The notes below the pieces were generated by a model that saw only the letters and a list, made by a program, of their open reading frames with translations, did no database searches and was not told where the DNA came from. 64,000 nt of DNA, from contig CAWGAA010000001.1 of assembly GCA_963820525.1 (NCBI GenBank), forward strand, positions 2,080,001 to 2,144,000, in the 5' to 3' direction. Below are positions 31,637-41,742 of this stretch, piece after piece; position 1 is the first letter of the stretch, and every line of letters starts with the position of its first letter. The position numbers and the translations under genes are program-made. This DNA comes from an uncultured Spirochaetota bacterium (GTDB taxonomy: Bacteria > Spirochaetota > Spirochaetia > SZUA-6 > Fen-1364).

Positions 31637-33916
31637 TCACCGCTTGTTCTTCGACATCTCCTCCCGCGCGATCCCGACGATCTCGCGGGTCTTGCCGTCC
31701 TCTCCCGTCATGACGGAGCCGGAAAAGAGCATCGGCACTTCGGTCCCCTCCTTAGTGCGGTACTTCATCTCGTAGTTGGCGACGGACCCTGCGGCGAGCA
31801 GGCCAACGATGCCTTCCTCGGTGAACAGGACCTCCCCCCTTCCCACCACCTCCCTCATGTGCCGGCCGACGAGCTCCTCCTCCCGGTAGCCCAGCCGCCT
31901 GCAGGTGGCCCTGTTCACGCTCTTGATGGTGCCGCCCAGGTCCAGGATCACAAGCGTGTCTCCCATGTCGTTGAGGCTGCCGAGGATGTTCTCATTGTAC
32001 GTCTTCACGCTCACCAGGTTCACGATCGTTTTGTACAGAAGGATGCCCTGGGAGATGATGGCCCGGATCGTGCGCAAGAGCTCAAGCTCGTGCGCGTCAA
32101 CGTTCTGACTCCCCGTTCGGTTGGAGAGGATGAGCATCCCCAGCGTGTCGCGGCCGCCGCGGAGAGGCAGAAACACGAAGGAAGAAATAAGGCTCTTCAC
32201 CCCCGCGTCGATGTCGGGCCTATTGGCGAGGATCCTGTTGATGTCTTCCATGGGGATGGGGAGAACTTCCCCGGGGCTCTTGGATTCCGCCGTGAGCTGC
32301 AGATGCAGCTCGCATGCCACGCCGGCCGCCGCTTCGCTCACCGGGTCCAGCGAATACTTCTTGAAGCTTCCCCCCTTCTCGAAGGACACAAGCGCGCACG
32401 CATCGCAGGTGAGGAAGCTCTTGAGTATCTGCACGATGGAGGTCATGACGGAGTCGAAATCGGCGGAGCTTCGAAACCGCTCGCTCAGGATGAACAGAAG
32501 CGTCTGCTCGGACAGCCTCCTTTCCATTTCACGGAAGATGATGCTCTTCTCGATTGCCGTGGCAGTCTGGTTGGCTATTGTATTGAGGAACCGCAGGTCC
32601 TCGTTGTTGTACATTGTGCCGGCAAGCTTCGGTCCCATAATCAGGGTTCCCATGAGCTTGTCTTTCAACAACACCGGCACCACCAGGGAGATGTCGGCAC
32701 CTTTGAAGAGGTGGTGGTTGTCCTCGAGGATGGGGCGGGCGCAGGGATCCATGAGGGCCTCTTCCCTCACCAGCGGCTTGCCCTCCTTACTGAGCCAGCG
32801 CGCCAGGGTGCTCTGCTCCCCGATGCCCAGATCCGTGGAGGGTCCGGGAGCGGAGCCGGCGGACTTGCGCACAGTGAAGGCGTTTCTCTGTTCATCGAGC
32901 AGCGCGATGGAAAGCCCCACGGGTTTGACGGTTTCCGCCACGGCATTGCCGACGAGATCGAGGATCCGCTCGGTGTCGTAGAGGTGGGTTACGTCGCGGC
33001 TGAAGGACTGGGTCGCTTTCTGGTAGTCCGACTTCTCCCGGAAAAATATCTTGTCCAAAGCATTCTGCAGAAGGTTTCGAAGCGGAAGGAAGATCAGGCC
33101 GAGGATGAGGATCACGATGATTCCATATGACTGTCCCGTGTACCCGATGCTCTGCTTGAGGACGCTCTCCATGACGAAGACGACCCCGAGGTAGACCGCG
33201 ACGAGGGCCAGCGTGAGGATCGAGTAGAAAAGGCTTCGCGCCAGAAAAAAACGGATGTCGAGCAGCCGGTGGCGTACCACCGCGTACCCGATGATGAGCG
33301 CGCTCACGAGGTTGAAGGAGATGTCCACGGGGTAATCGCGCAGCCCTGTAAGGTTCGAGCTCAGCCCGATCACCATGACACTGGCGCCGAGCAGCACGTA
33401 GATGATGCGGTTCCTCTGCACGGGGGACTTTTCCCGCACGAACGCCCTGACCAGGTTGTAGATCCCGCAGAGCCAGAAGAAGTACGAGCCCGCGATTATG
33501 ACGAAGACCCTGGGATTGTTGAACACGGGGACGAAGTAGCCGCTGCGGCCGAACTCTACTTCCTGAAATTGCAAGCTGAGGAAACCGCCGGCCAGGATGA
33601 CCGCGCAGCTGGCGTATGACAGGATGACCAGCGCCCTCTGTCTCTTGATATTCAGAAACGAACGGGAAAAAAGGAAGAAGAATGCGTTGATCGTGCCTGA
33701 GCAGGCCAGAAGGAGGTTGTACAACACCAATGCCGTCTGGGCCGCTTTGGTAAAGTTGACAATAAGGGACGTTAACTGCAAGCAGAGAATCGCCAGGAGA
33801 TATGTGGAGAAGAAGATCCGCACACCACGCTCCGCCCTGCTGCGCAGGGTAAGCAGAGCCAGAACAAGGTAGCTCAGAAGCGCGACAAGCTTGACGATCG
33901 TGGATAGTACCAGCAT
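31637..33916 (-). CDS. 7TM-GAF-PAS sensor, truncated paralogue lacking the kinase domain (possible pseudogene)
   Basis: Collinear with 34048..36972 but ends IVGIAR-EEMSKNKR*. Confidence 0.8.
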   Translation of the reverse strand: MLVLSTIVKLVALLSYLVLALLTLRSRAERGVRIFFSTYLLAILCLQLTSLIVNFTKAAQTALVLYNLLLACSGTINAFFFLFSRSFLNIKRQRALVILSYASCAVILAGGFLSLQFQEVEFGRSGYFVPVFNNPRVFVIIAGSYFFWLCGIYNLVRAFVREKSPVQRNRIIYVLLGASVMVIGLSSNLTGLRDYPVDISFNLVSALIIGYAVVRHRLLDIRFFLARSLFYSILTLALVAVYLGVVFVMESVLKQSIGYTGQSYGIIVILILGLIFLPLRNLLQNALDKIFFREKSDYQKATQSFSRDVTHLYDTERILDLVGNAVAETVKPVGLSIALLDEQRNAFTVRKSAGSAPGPSTDLGIGEQSTLARWLSKEGKPLVREEALMDPCARPILEDNHHLFKGADISLVVPVLLKDKLMGTLIMGPKLAGTMYNNEDLRFLNTIANQTATAIEKSIIFREMERRLSEQTLLFILSERFRSSADFDSVMTSIVQILKSFLTCDACALVSFEKGGSFKKYSLDPVSEAAAGVACELHLQLTAESKSPGEVLPIPMEDINRILANRPDIDAGVKSLISSFVFLPLRGGRDTLGMLILSNRTGSQNVDAHELELLRTIRAIISQGILLYKTIVNLVSVKTYNENILGSLNDMGDTLVILDLGGTIKSVNRATCRRLGYREEELVGRHMREVVGRGEVLFTEEGIVGLLAAGSVANYEMKYRTKEGTEVPMLFSGSVMTGEDGKTREIVGIAREEMSKNKR

Positions 33917-33922
33917 CTGTCC

Positions 33923-34020
33923 TCAGTTCTTCCAGGAACGTATAAGTGCGCAAGGTCCCTCCGGACGCTTGCCTCTCGCCATAGTATCTACGAAACATTC
34001 CCTTGGAAAGCAGAGAGATG
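33923..34020 (-). pseudogene. 3' remnant of a second GH3-family gene
   Basis: ISLLSKGMFRRYYGERQASG and SWKN* match the GH3 C-terminus VSILSKGTFHRYYEERQAAG...SWKI*; similar junction to the next ATG. Confidence 0.75.
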
Positions 34021-34047
34021 CGCCACACCCCGGGCAGCGTATCGGCA

Positions 34048-36972
34048 CTATATCTCCTTGAAGAGGATCGTGAAGCGGGTCCCGCGGCCGCTTTCAAGCT
34101 CGATTCTGCCCTTGAGCTGCTCCGTGAGCGTGCACACGAGCTTCAGCCCCAGGGACTCCGTGTCGCGAAAGTTCAGGCCCGGGGGGAAGCCCTTCCCATC
34201 GTCAGAGACCGTCAGGCGGAACCACTTCTCCGCCGGCCCGCCCTTCATGCCGTCGGGCGGATCCGCGGGATTCATCACGATCCGCACCTTCCCCGATCGA
34301 TCCGCCGAGAAAGCGTGCTTGAGGGAGTTGGAGACCAGCTCGTTGATGATGAGGCCGCAGGGCACGGCGGTGTCCATCCCGAGGGTGATGTTGGCCACCT
34401 CCAGGCAGAGGTCCACCGCGCTGGCCTGCTCGCCGTATGACATGAAGAGGTTTCGCATCAGGTCCCGGATGTATTCGGAGAAGGCAATGCCGGCGGGGCT
34501 GTTGGACTGGTAGAGCTTTTCATGGAGCAGCGCCATGGAGCGGACGCGGTTCTGGCTCTCCCGGAACATCTCCCGCGTCTTCTCCTCCTGGACGTAGCAG
34601 GACTGGAGGTACAGGAGGCTGGAGATCACCTGGAGGTTGTTCTTGATCCGATGGTGGATCTCCTTGATGAGGAGCATGTTCTTCGACATCTCCTCCGCCT
34701 TGAGGCGCTCCGTGATGTCCCGCGCGATCCCGACGATCTCGCGGGTCTTGCCGTCCTCTCCCGTCATGACGGAGCCGGAAAAGAGCATCGGCACTTCGGT
34801 CCCGTCACTGGTGCGGTACTTCATCTCGTAGTTGGAGACGGACCCGGCGGCGAGCAGGCCAACGATGCCTTCCTCGGTGAACAGGGCCTCCCCCTTTCCC
34901 GCAACCTCCCTCATGTGCCGGCCGACGAGCTCCTCCTCCCTGTAGCCCAGCCGCCTGCGGGTGGCCCTGTTCACGCTCTTGATGGTGCCCGCTAGGTCCA
35001 GGATCACAAGCGTGTCCCCCATGTTGTTGAGGCTGCCGAGGATGTTCTCGTTGTACGTCTTCACGCTCACAAGGTTCACGATCGTTCTGTACAGAACGAT
35101 GCCCTGGGAGATGATGGCCCGGATCGTGCGCATCAGCTCAAGCTCGCGCGCCTCCACGTTGGGGCCCCCCGTGCGGTTGGGCAGGATCAGCATCCCCAGT
35201 GTGTCGCTGCCGCCGCGGAGGGGCAGAAACACGAAGGAGGCAATGAGGCCCCGGAGCCCCGTGTCGATGTCAGGCCGCCGGGCGAGAATGCCGTCGATCT
35301 CCTCCGGGGGGATGGGGAGGGCCTCCCCTGTGCTCTTGGATTCCGCCAACAGCCGCGCTTGAAGCTCGCACGCCACGCCCGCCGCCGCGTCGCTCACCGC
35401 GTCCAGGGAATACCTCTTGGAGCTTCCCGCCTTCTCGAAGGAGACAAGGGCGCAGTAGTCGCAGGTGAGGAAGCTCTTGAGAATCTGCACGATGGAGGTC
35501 ATGACGGAGTCGAAATCGGCGGAGCTTCGAAAGCGCTCGCTCAGGATGAATAGGAGCGTCTGCTCGGACAACCGCCTTTCCATCTCCCGGAAGGTGATGC
35601 TCTTCTCGATTGCCGTGGCGGTCTGGTTGGCAATGGTGTTGAGGAACCGCAGGTCCTCGTCGTTGTACATCGTGCCGGAACGTTTCGGCCCCATGAACAA
35701 CATTCCCATCAGCCTGTTCTTCAGCATGATGGGGGCCACGAGCGATACGTCGGCGGCTTCCAGCAGGTGCCGGTTCTCCTCCGCCACCGTCCGCATCACC
35801 GGATCGATCAGCGCTTCCTCGCGCAGGACGGGCCGGCCGTTTGCCCGAAGCCAGCGGGCCAGGGAGCCATGCTCCGCCAGTGCCATATCCGCCGCCGGCG
35901 CCGCAGTCCTGCCAAGCGATTTGCGCACGGAGAAGACCTTGCGCTCCTCGTCGAGAAGCGAGATGGTGAGCCCCGACGGCTTGATGGCTCTGGACACGGT
36001 GTCGGCGACCAGATCGAGGATGCGGTCAGTGTCGTACAGCGAGGTGACGTCGCGGCTGAAGGACTGCGTCGCCTTCTGGTAGTCCGACTTCTCCCGGAAG
36101 AAGAGCCTGTCCAAGGTGTTTTGCAGCATATTGCGGAGCGGCAAGAAAAGAATGGCCACGATGATGATGCCCGCAATGCCGTACGCCGGGCCGGTATAGC
36201 CAATTTGACGTTGGATAAGGCTTCCAAGCCCTACGGCAATGCCCAGGTATGCGGCGACGAGGCTGCTTGTGAGCAAGGAATATAAAAGGCTTCGAGCGAG
36301 CAGAAAACGGATGTCGAGAAGCCTGTGGCGGACGACGGCGTAGCCGATAATGAACGCGCTCACGAGATTGAAGGAAATGTCAACGGGATAATCCCGCAAA
36401 CCTGTCAGGTTCGACGTGAGCCCGATCATGACGCTCAGCGCCCCCAGGAGAACGTAGAAAATGCGGTTGCGCTGCATTGGGGAGCTTTCCGCCCTCAGCC
36501 TCCGGACGAGATTGAAAATCCCGAAGAAAAAGAAAAAGGCTGAGATGCCGACCAACGCAAAGAGTCCCTTTGCGTTGAACACGGGAACCCAGTAACCGCC
36601 TCGACCGACGCTCACCCCCTGCCATGGCAATCCCATGAGCGAGCCCGCCAGAAGAGCTGCGCAGGAGATGAAGGCGAGAACCATGAGAAACTTCTGGCGC
36701 GTGATCCCGATGAAGGCCCTCGTGAAGGGGAAGAAAAGAATCGCCCAATTGAAGGTGCCGGCGAACACGAGCTTGTACCAAAACAACGCGGCTTCGGCGT
36801 TCTGTGACAGATTCACCATGATCGCGGTGAACTGCCAGAACGCCATCCCGTACAGATAGATGGAGAAGTACACCCGTGTGCGCCGATCGGACTTGCTGAG
36901 CAGGGTAAAAAGGGCGAGGGTCAGGTAGCTGAGTAATGCGACGATCTTGATGGCGGTGAAGAATACGAGCAT
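34048..36972 (-). CDS. Membrane sensor histidine kinase (N-terminal 7TM, GAF, PAS, HisKA_2/HATPase)
   Basis: KEIHHRIKNNLQVISSLL, GLIINELVSNSLKHAF, VSDDGKG and SLGLKLV. Confidence 0.93.
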   Translation of the reverse strand: MLVFFTAIKIVALLSYLTLALFTLLSKSDRRTRVYFSIYLYGMAFWQFTAIMVNLSQNAEAALFWYKLVFAGTFNWAILFFPFTRAFIGITRQKFLMVLAFISCAALLAGSLMGLPWQGVSVGRGGYWVPVFNAKGLFALVGISAFFFFFGIFNLVRRLRAESSPMQRNRIFYVLLGALSVMIGLTSNLTGLRDYPVDISFNLVSAFIIGYAVVRHRLLDIRFLLARSLLYSLLTSSLVAAYLGIAVGLGSLIQRQIGYTGPAYGIAGIIIVAILFLPLRNMLQNTLDRLFFREKSDYQKATQSFSRDVTSLYDTDRILDLVADTVSRAIKPSGLTISLLDEERKVFSVRKSLGRTAAPAADMALAEHGSLARWLRANGRPVLREEALIDPVMRTVAEENRHLLEAADVSLVAPIMLKNRLMGMLFMGPKRSGTMYNDEDLRFLNTIANQTATAIEKSITFREMERRLSEQTLLFILSERFRSSADFDSVMTSIVQILKSFLTCDYCALVSFEKAGSSKRYSLDAVSDAAAGVACELQARLLAESKSTGEALPIPPEEIDGILARRPDIDTGLRGLIASFVFLPLRGGSDTLGMLILPNRTGGPNVEARELELMRTIRAIISQGIVLYRTIVNLVSVKTYNENILGSLNNMGDTLVILDLAGTIKSVNRATRRRLGYREEELVGRHMREVAGKGEALFTEEGIVGLLAAGSVSNYEMKYRTSDGTEVPMLFSGSVMTGEDGKTREIVGIARDITERLKAEEMSKNMLLIKEIHHRIKNNLQVISSLLYLQSCYVQEEKTREMFRESQNRVRSMALLHEKLYQSNSPAGIAFSEYIRDLMRNLFMSYGEQASAVDLCLEVANITLGMDTAVPCGLIINELVSNSLKHAFSADRSGKVRIVMNPADPPDGMKGGPAEKWFRLTVSDDGKGFPPGLNFRDTESLGLKLVCTLTEQLKGRIELESGRGTRFTILFKEI

Positions 36973-36979
36973 CTGACCT

Positions 36980-38587
36980 TCAAATCTTCCAGGAGCTCAT
37001 CCGTAAAAGGTTCTCGATGACCTTGTCGGATGCGTTGACGTGCGGGGGTTTCAGGTGCCCGAGATCCGCGCCCGCCGCCTGTCTCTCCTCATAATAGCGG
37101 TGGAACGTCCCCTTGGAAAGGATCGAAACGGTCAAGGGCTTCATGCCGATCATCTCTTCCAGATCATGATAGGGCCGGTCGATTTTTTTCAACTCCTCAT
37201 GAATTTTTTCGGCGACCGCCGCTGCTGTCGCGGTCCCTTCGCGGAGCTCGAGGTAGAGATGGAGAATAGGCTGGCCTCCGCGACTCTCTTTCCGCACCGT
37301 CCACTCCTCATAGGGTACGCCGGAAGCTTCAATGGCCAGCCATATGATTTTTTCCGTCAAACGGGTGAAATTACCGATATCGATCAATCCGTCGATCCGG
37401 GAGACGTATGTGATCTGTGGGAGAAGGATGCCGGCCGCCGGATCCTCGAGAGCGGTGACCTTGACGAGGTCCCCGACGATGTAGCGTATCATGGCGCCGC
37501 CGTAGAAATTTGTTCCCACAAGCACGTATTCCGAGCCTGGCTGCACCTCATCCATCAGGAACGACCGGGGAATGAGGGAAGAGTCCTGTACGACTGCCCT
37601 GTAGTCCTTTTCGGGAAGGAACTCCCAGAAATCAAACTCGGGGTGGAAGACGAAACCGCCGCGAGTCCAGGACTGGGGGCCCATCCCCAGGTACTCCGTG
37701 GCCACGTACGCTTCGAGGGGTTCGACGCCCCAGGATTGCGCAACTGTATTCTTGAAGATCGACGTATCGGTGCCGCCGCAGAGCACACCGCTCACTTTCC
37801 ACATGTCCTTGAGTTGGATCGGTTTTCCCGTGAGCGCCCTCTTGAGAAGCGCCTTCGAGATTCGGAAAAGCGCCCTGGGATCCATGGGGATCTTTGCCGC
37901 CGAGCCGCGCTGTCCGATGCGGCCAAGACTTTCGCTTATCTTCAGCAGTATCGAGGTGACGCCGAAGAAAAAGTCCAGGCCTTCGCTCAACGCCCTGCGG
38001 AAAGCCTCCCGGATCCTCTCCTGAAACTCCATGGTGACCGCTTTCTCGATGGGGGGAAATGCGACGAAATCGAACTGCTCCATCAGACTCTGAAAGAGGA
38101 GTCCCGATGCATAGGGAGGAGGGGCCACGAGATAGGGGATTTTCATGCCCGCGTGCAGTTTGACGTCGCCCCTCTTCTTCGCCATGGCGATGATGAATGC
38201 GCTCAGGGACACTTCTCCGAGAATATCGTACATCCTCCTCGTATAGGGGATCCACTTCAGCGCGTACTCCCCGCTGTTGCCCGAGGTGTGGGCCCAAACG
38301 AAAGGTTTTTCGGGCAGTACGTCTTCATTACGACTGAGCAGGAAGGGTTCGTAGTCCTTGTACGTGGTGAAAGGGACAGTCGCGCGGAAATCCTCCATCG
38401 TTTTCGGTCGCGCGCCTCGCATGATGCGGGCGCCGAGCTCGCAGCCGGCGAGTCTCGGCAGCTGCTCCTCGAGGAGCTTGCGCTGAATGGCCATGTACTG
38501 GCCGATATTCAAATCGAGAAATCCGCAATACTTCTGCCAGATTTCTCGCTTTTTCCCCTGCCTCAGAAGCTCGGTAGCGGTAGCCAT
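36980..38587 (-). CDS. GH3-family adenylate-forming acyl-amido synthetase
   Basis: VPFTTYKDY, HTSGNSG...KWIPYT, Y.ATE, FWEFLP and RYIVGDLV. Confidence 0.85.
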   Translation of the reverse strand: MATATELLRQGKKREIWQKYCGFLDLNIGQYMAIQRKLLEEQLPRLAGCELGARIMRGARPKTMEDFRATVPFTTYKDYEPFLLSRNEDVLPEKPFVWAHTSGNSGEYALKWIPYTRRMYDILGEVSLSAFIIAMAKKRGDVKLHAGMKIPYLVAPPPYASGLLFQSLMEQFDFVAFPPIEKAVTMEFQERIREAFRRALSEGLDFFFGVTSILLKISESLGRIGQRGSAAKIPMDPRALFRISKALLKRALTGKPIQLKDMWKVSGVLCGGTDTSIFKNTVAQSWGVEPLEAYVATEYLGMGPQSWTRGGFVFHPEFDFWEFLPEKDYRAVVQDSSLIPRSFLMDEVQPGSEYVLVGTNFYGGAMIRYIVGDLVKVTALEDPAAGILLPQITYVSRIDGLIDIGNFTRLTEKIIWLAIEASGVPYEEWTVRKESRGGQPILHLYLELREGTATAAAVAEKIHEELKKIDRPYHDLEEMIGMKPLTVSILSKGTFHRYYEERQAAGADLGHLKPPHVNASDKVIENLLRMSSWKI

Positions 38588-38605
38588 CCTGCGCCCCCTG
38601 TACCT

Positions 38606-39223
38606 TCAATTTATATCCTTATCTCCTTGCGATTTCAAAGGAAAACGATACGTTTGCATGCACCTGGCGATGCTCGACGGCGTCGGAATGAGAAAGGGCA
38701 CCGTGCGGCGGTATGCGTCGTATGCGCTTCCGAAAATGCGCGGGAAAAGGATCACGTCCTCCACGGCCACCAGGAGGGCATCCGCGACGGTCCACAGGGG
38801 GACCGCCAGGAGCAGGAGACGTGAGCCGCTCAACGCCGCGATGGACAGGAGAAAAAGGGGAAGCCAGAGGACCCCCGGATGTCGACAGAGCGCGTACGTG
38901 CCCGTGGTGACCACCCGCCTCTCCGCTCTCCCTTCGGCGCGGGACGGGAAAACGGCAATCTCCAGGAAAAGAGAGGATGCGAGGAGGAAGAGGAATACAG
39001 CCGAGCAAATCCCTCCCGCCGCCCGCAGGAGAACCGGCGGGGCGAAGCGGTCGCCGTTCAACAGCAGCGCCGCAAGGGCGGCGAGCAGGAGCGCCGCGGA
39101 GCCCGCGATCGAGCCCACGCGAAGCGCCCGCAGCCCGCGCCAATCGGCCCAATCGGAGAGGAGAAAGAGGGGAAAGCTCGCCGTGCCCGCGATGAGAGCG
39201 ATCACGCCTTGAGGTCCCGACAT
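38606..39223 (-). CDS. ICMT/PEMT-like membrane methyltransferase
   Basis: Multiple TMs; VVTTGTYALCRHPG...ED....FG.AY.AYRRTVP.LIP. Confidence 0.85.
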   Translation of the reverse strand: MSGPQGVIALIAGTASFPLFLLSDWADWRGLRALRVGSIAGSAALLLAALAALLLNGDRFAPPVLLRAAGGICSAVFLFLLASSLFLEIAVFPSRAEGRAERRVVTTGTYALCRHPGVLWLPLFLLSIAALSGSRLLLLAVPLWTVADALLVAVEDVILFPRIFGSAYDAYRRTVPFLIPTPSSIARCMQTYRFPLKSQGDKDIN

Positions 39224-39224
39224 C

Positions 39225-40751
39225 TCATTCGCGTTCGAAGGCGATCAGGCAGATGTCGTCCTCGAAATCCCTGCTCACCCGCCACTGCAAAAGCTGGGCG
39301 TCGATTGCTGCCACTGCATCCTGAAGGTTCGCGCTCCTCGTCTTCCTGATCAGCGCCATGACCCGATCCTCCGAGAACTTCACCATGTCCGGGTTCCCGC
39401 AGTCGATGAGGCCATCAGAGTAGAAGAAAAGCCGGTCGCCCGGCTCCAGGGCGAGCTCGGATTCGGCAAGCTCGAGCTCGGGCGCGAGCCCGAGGGCGCG
39501 GCCGGGGACCCGCAGGATGTGGAGGCCGCCGTCGCCTTTCTGCCATACGGGATACGGCTGGCCCGCCCGCGCGATGGTGACCTTCCAATCCGTGGTGTCG
39601 ATGATGCCGTACAGGATGGAGAAATAGGGGATCCCCGAGGCCGGGACGAACTTCTCGTTCAGCTTCTCCATGACATCCCGCGGCGAGAGGGGATCCGCAT
39701 CGAGCAGCGGCAGCCGGCCGTGCGGGCTGGAGGGTGAGGGAAAGATCAGGCGGTGCAGGAGAAGCGAATTGACGGCGGAAGCAAGACCGTGGCCCGCAAC
39801 GTCGATCATGTACAGGCAGACGTGGCGGGAATCAACGGGGAAGGCGTTGAACAGGTCTCCGGCGGCGAGGTCCGAGGGATGGAACAGCCATTGCACGCGA
39901 AGGCCGGGAATCTCCACGTCTTCGCGGGGAAGCAGGTTCCTCTGCAGCTCGAGGGCCTGCGCGAGCTCGCGGGAAACGATGTCGCGGAACTTCGTGCGCT
40001 CCGTGACGTCCCGGAACGCCAGAACGACCCCGCGGACATTGCCGTTTTCATCCCGATAGGGGGCGAGGGTGCAATCCACGCGGATCCGCCCGCGGTCCCT
40101 GGTGAGGAGAATGAGATCCGTCATCTCCGCGATCTCGCCGCTCTTGACCACCCGGGCGAGCGGAACAACCACCTTTTCCAGGGTCTCGGCGTCGAAGACC
40201 GTGAGGATCTGTCCAAGGCACACGCCGGAGCCGGCGTGCTCGCTGCCCAGGAGGGTCCTCTGCGCCGTGGGGTTGAGATACTCGACCAGCCCCTTGGTAT
40301 CCGCCACGACCACCCCTTCGCCGATGGAGCGCAGGATCGTCTGCAGCTTTTCCTTTGCGCGCCAGAGCTTCCCCTCCATCGTCGACTTGTAGAGGGCCAT
40401 CTCCACGGTGGCCTGCAGGGTCCTCTCTTCGAAGGGCTTGGTGATATAGCCGAAGGGCTCCGTCAGCTTCGCCCTCTCCAGGGTCTTCTCTTCCGAGTAT
40501 GCCGTAAGATAGACGATGGGCACGCGGAATGCCTCCCGGATCATCCCCGCCGCCTCGACACCATCGATGACGCCCTTGAGGCGGATGTCCATGAGGATGA
40601 GGTCGGGCTCCACCTCCATGGCCTTGCGCACCGCCTCCTCGCCGGTGGATACGGTGACGGGCACCTCGTAGCCCATGTTCTTGAGGCTTTTCTCAATCGC
40701 GAGCGCGACGAGACTTTCGTCCTCGACGATCATGATTCGCGATTTCTCCAT
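39225..40751 (-). CDS. REC-PAS-SpoIIE (PP2C) response regulator phosphatase
   Basis: IMIVEDE, DLILMDI, GDLF, DVAGHG, YSDGL and DDICLI. Confidence 0.92.
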   Translation of the reverse strand: MEKSRIMIVEDESLVALAIEKSLKNMGYEVPVTVSTGEEAVRKAMEVEPDLILMDIRLKGVIDGVEAAGMIREAFRVPIVYLTAYSEEKTLERAKLTEPFGYITKPFEERTLQATVEMALYKSTMEGKLWRAKEKLQTILRSIGEGVVVADTKGLVEYLNPTAQRTLLGSEHAGSGVCLGQILTVFDAETLEKVVVPLARVVKSGEIAEMTDLILLTRDRGRIRVDCTLAPYRDENGNVRGVVLAFRDVTERTKFRDIVSRELAQALELQRNLLPREDVEIPGLRVQWLFHPSDLAAGDLFNAFPVDSRHVCLYMIDVAGHGLASAVNSLLLHRLIFPSPSSPHGRLPLLDADPLSPRDVMEKLNEKFVPASGIPYFSILYGIIDTTDWKVTIARAGQPYPVWQKGDGGLHILRVPGRALGLAPELELAESELALEPGDRLFFYSDGLIDCGNPDMVKFSEDRVMALIRKTRSANLQDAVAAIDAQLLQWRVSRDFEDDICLIAFERE

Positions 40752-40905
40752 GCCATTACCCCGAAGAGCCGTCCCGTTTGATATGCACCTCACAATGTAG
40801 CGAAAAAGAGGACGAATTTCCATGGCGGGGCAGCCGTGCAACACACACCCGTTTGTCTCCCCCGAACGGACGGATTACTTTTTTTACGTGAAGGGAGAAT
40901 GTCCC

Positions 40906-41091
40906 ATGTCGCACGCGGGTCGCTCGCTGAACACCGATTCGTCGACTTACTCCGCGGCACTTCCCTACACTACCCTGCCGCAGCTTTTGCGCGCCGTTAC
41001 AGCCTCCTTCAACCGGGATGACGCCCTGAACTATCCCCTCGATGGGCCTCAGCCCGTAGAGGCGGCGCCCGGCCCGTTGGACGCATTGTAA
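40906..41091 (+). pseudogene. Possible N-terminal remnant of a long-chain acyl-CoA ligase
   Basis: TLPQLLRAVTASFNRDDALNYP resembles AMP-binding enzyme N-termini; the ORF stops after ~60 aa. Confidence 0.3.
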
Positions 41092-41107
41092 AAAGATGAT
41101 CTTTTGC

Positions 41108-41148
41108 TTGACAGAATGTATAACATTTGTTATAATAACTTGAGTTAT
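41108..41148 (+). promoter_or_regulatory. Consensus sigma70 promoter with two TetR operator-like palindromes
   Basis: TTGACA-17 nt-TATAAT (41108-41136); tataac-attt-gttata and ataact-tg-agttat. Confidence 0.85.
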
Positions 41149-41160
41149 ACAGAGGAGGCT

Positions 41161-41742
41161 ATGACACAGAAGATTTCATTCACAAAGGAGATGATCGTCG
41201 AGGTCGCCTTTTCCCTGACCAGGGAGTTGGGGTGGTCCGCCGTGACAGCCCGAAGCATCGCCAAGAAGCTCGGATCTTCCACCATGCCGATTTACTCGAG
41301 CATGAGATCAATGGAAGAGATCGAGCAGGAGGTGAGAAAAAAGGGTGAGAAGCTCATGTTCGATTACCAAAAGCGCTCCTTTACCGACAAGCCGATGCTC
41401 AACATGGCGATCGGCTATGTCACCTTCGCCCGGGACGAGCAGAAGCTTTTCCGCTTCCTGTTCGTGGATCGCCCCGTTGCCGTCAGCCGGCAGGACGTAG
41501 AGCCGGAGCCCGGAGAGCCGGAGCCGGGCTACGCACCGTTGAACGGAGTCGTAACCCTCGCCGATCAAGCGCCCACCGCGATGAAGAACCCGCTCGTACT
41601 GAAGAACTGGATCTTCACGCACGGCCTGGCATCGATGATCTCGGCCGGGGTCCTGGACCTGGCGGACGAGAGGATTCGAAGCCTGCTCGAGGAGGCGGGG
41701 GGAGCGTTCTACAAAGAAAGGAAGGAAAGAAGGAATGGGTGA
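41161..41742 (+). CDS. TetR/AcrR family regulator
   Basis: TKEMIVEVAF...VTARSIAKKLGSSTMPIYS; GGAGG RBS. Confidence 0.92.
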   Translation: MTQKISFTKEMIVEVAFSLTRELGWSAVTARSIAKKLGSSTMPIYSSMRSMEEIEQEVRKKGEKLMFDYQKRSFTDKPMLNMAIGYVTFARDEQKLFRFLFVDRPVAVSRQDVEPEPGEPEPGYAPLNGVVTLADQAPTAMKNPLVLKNWIFTHGLASMISAGVLDLADERIRSLLEEAGGAFYKERKERRNG

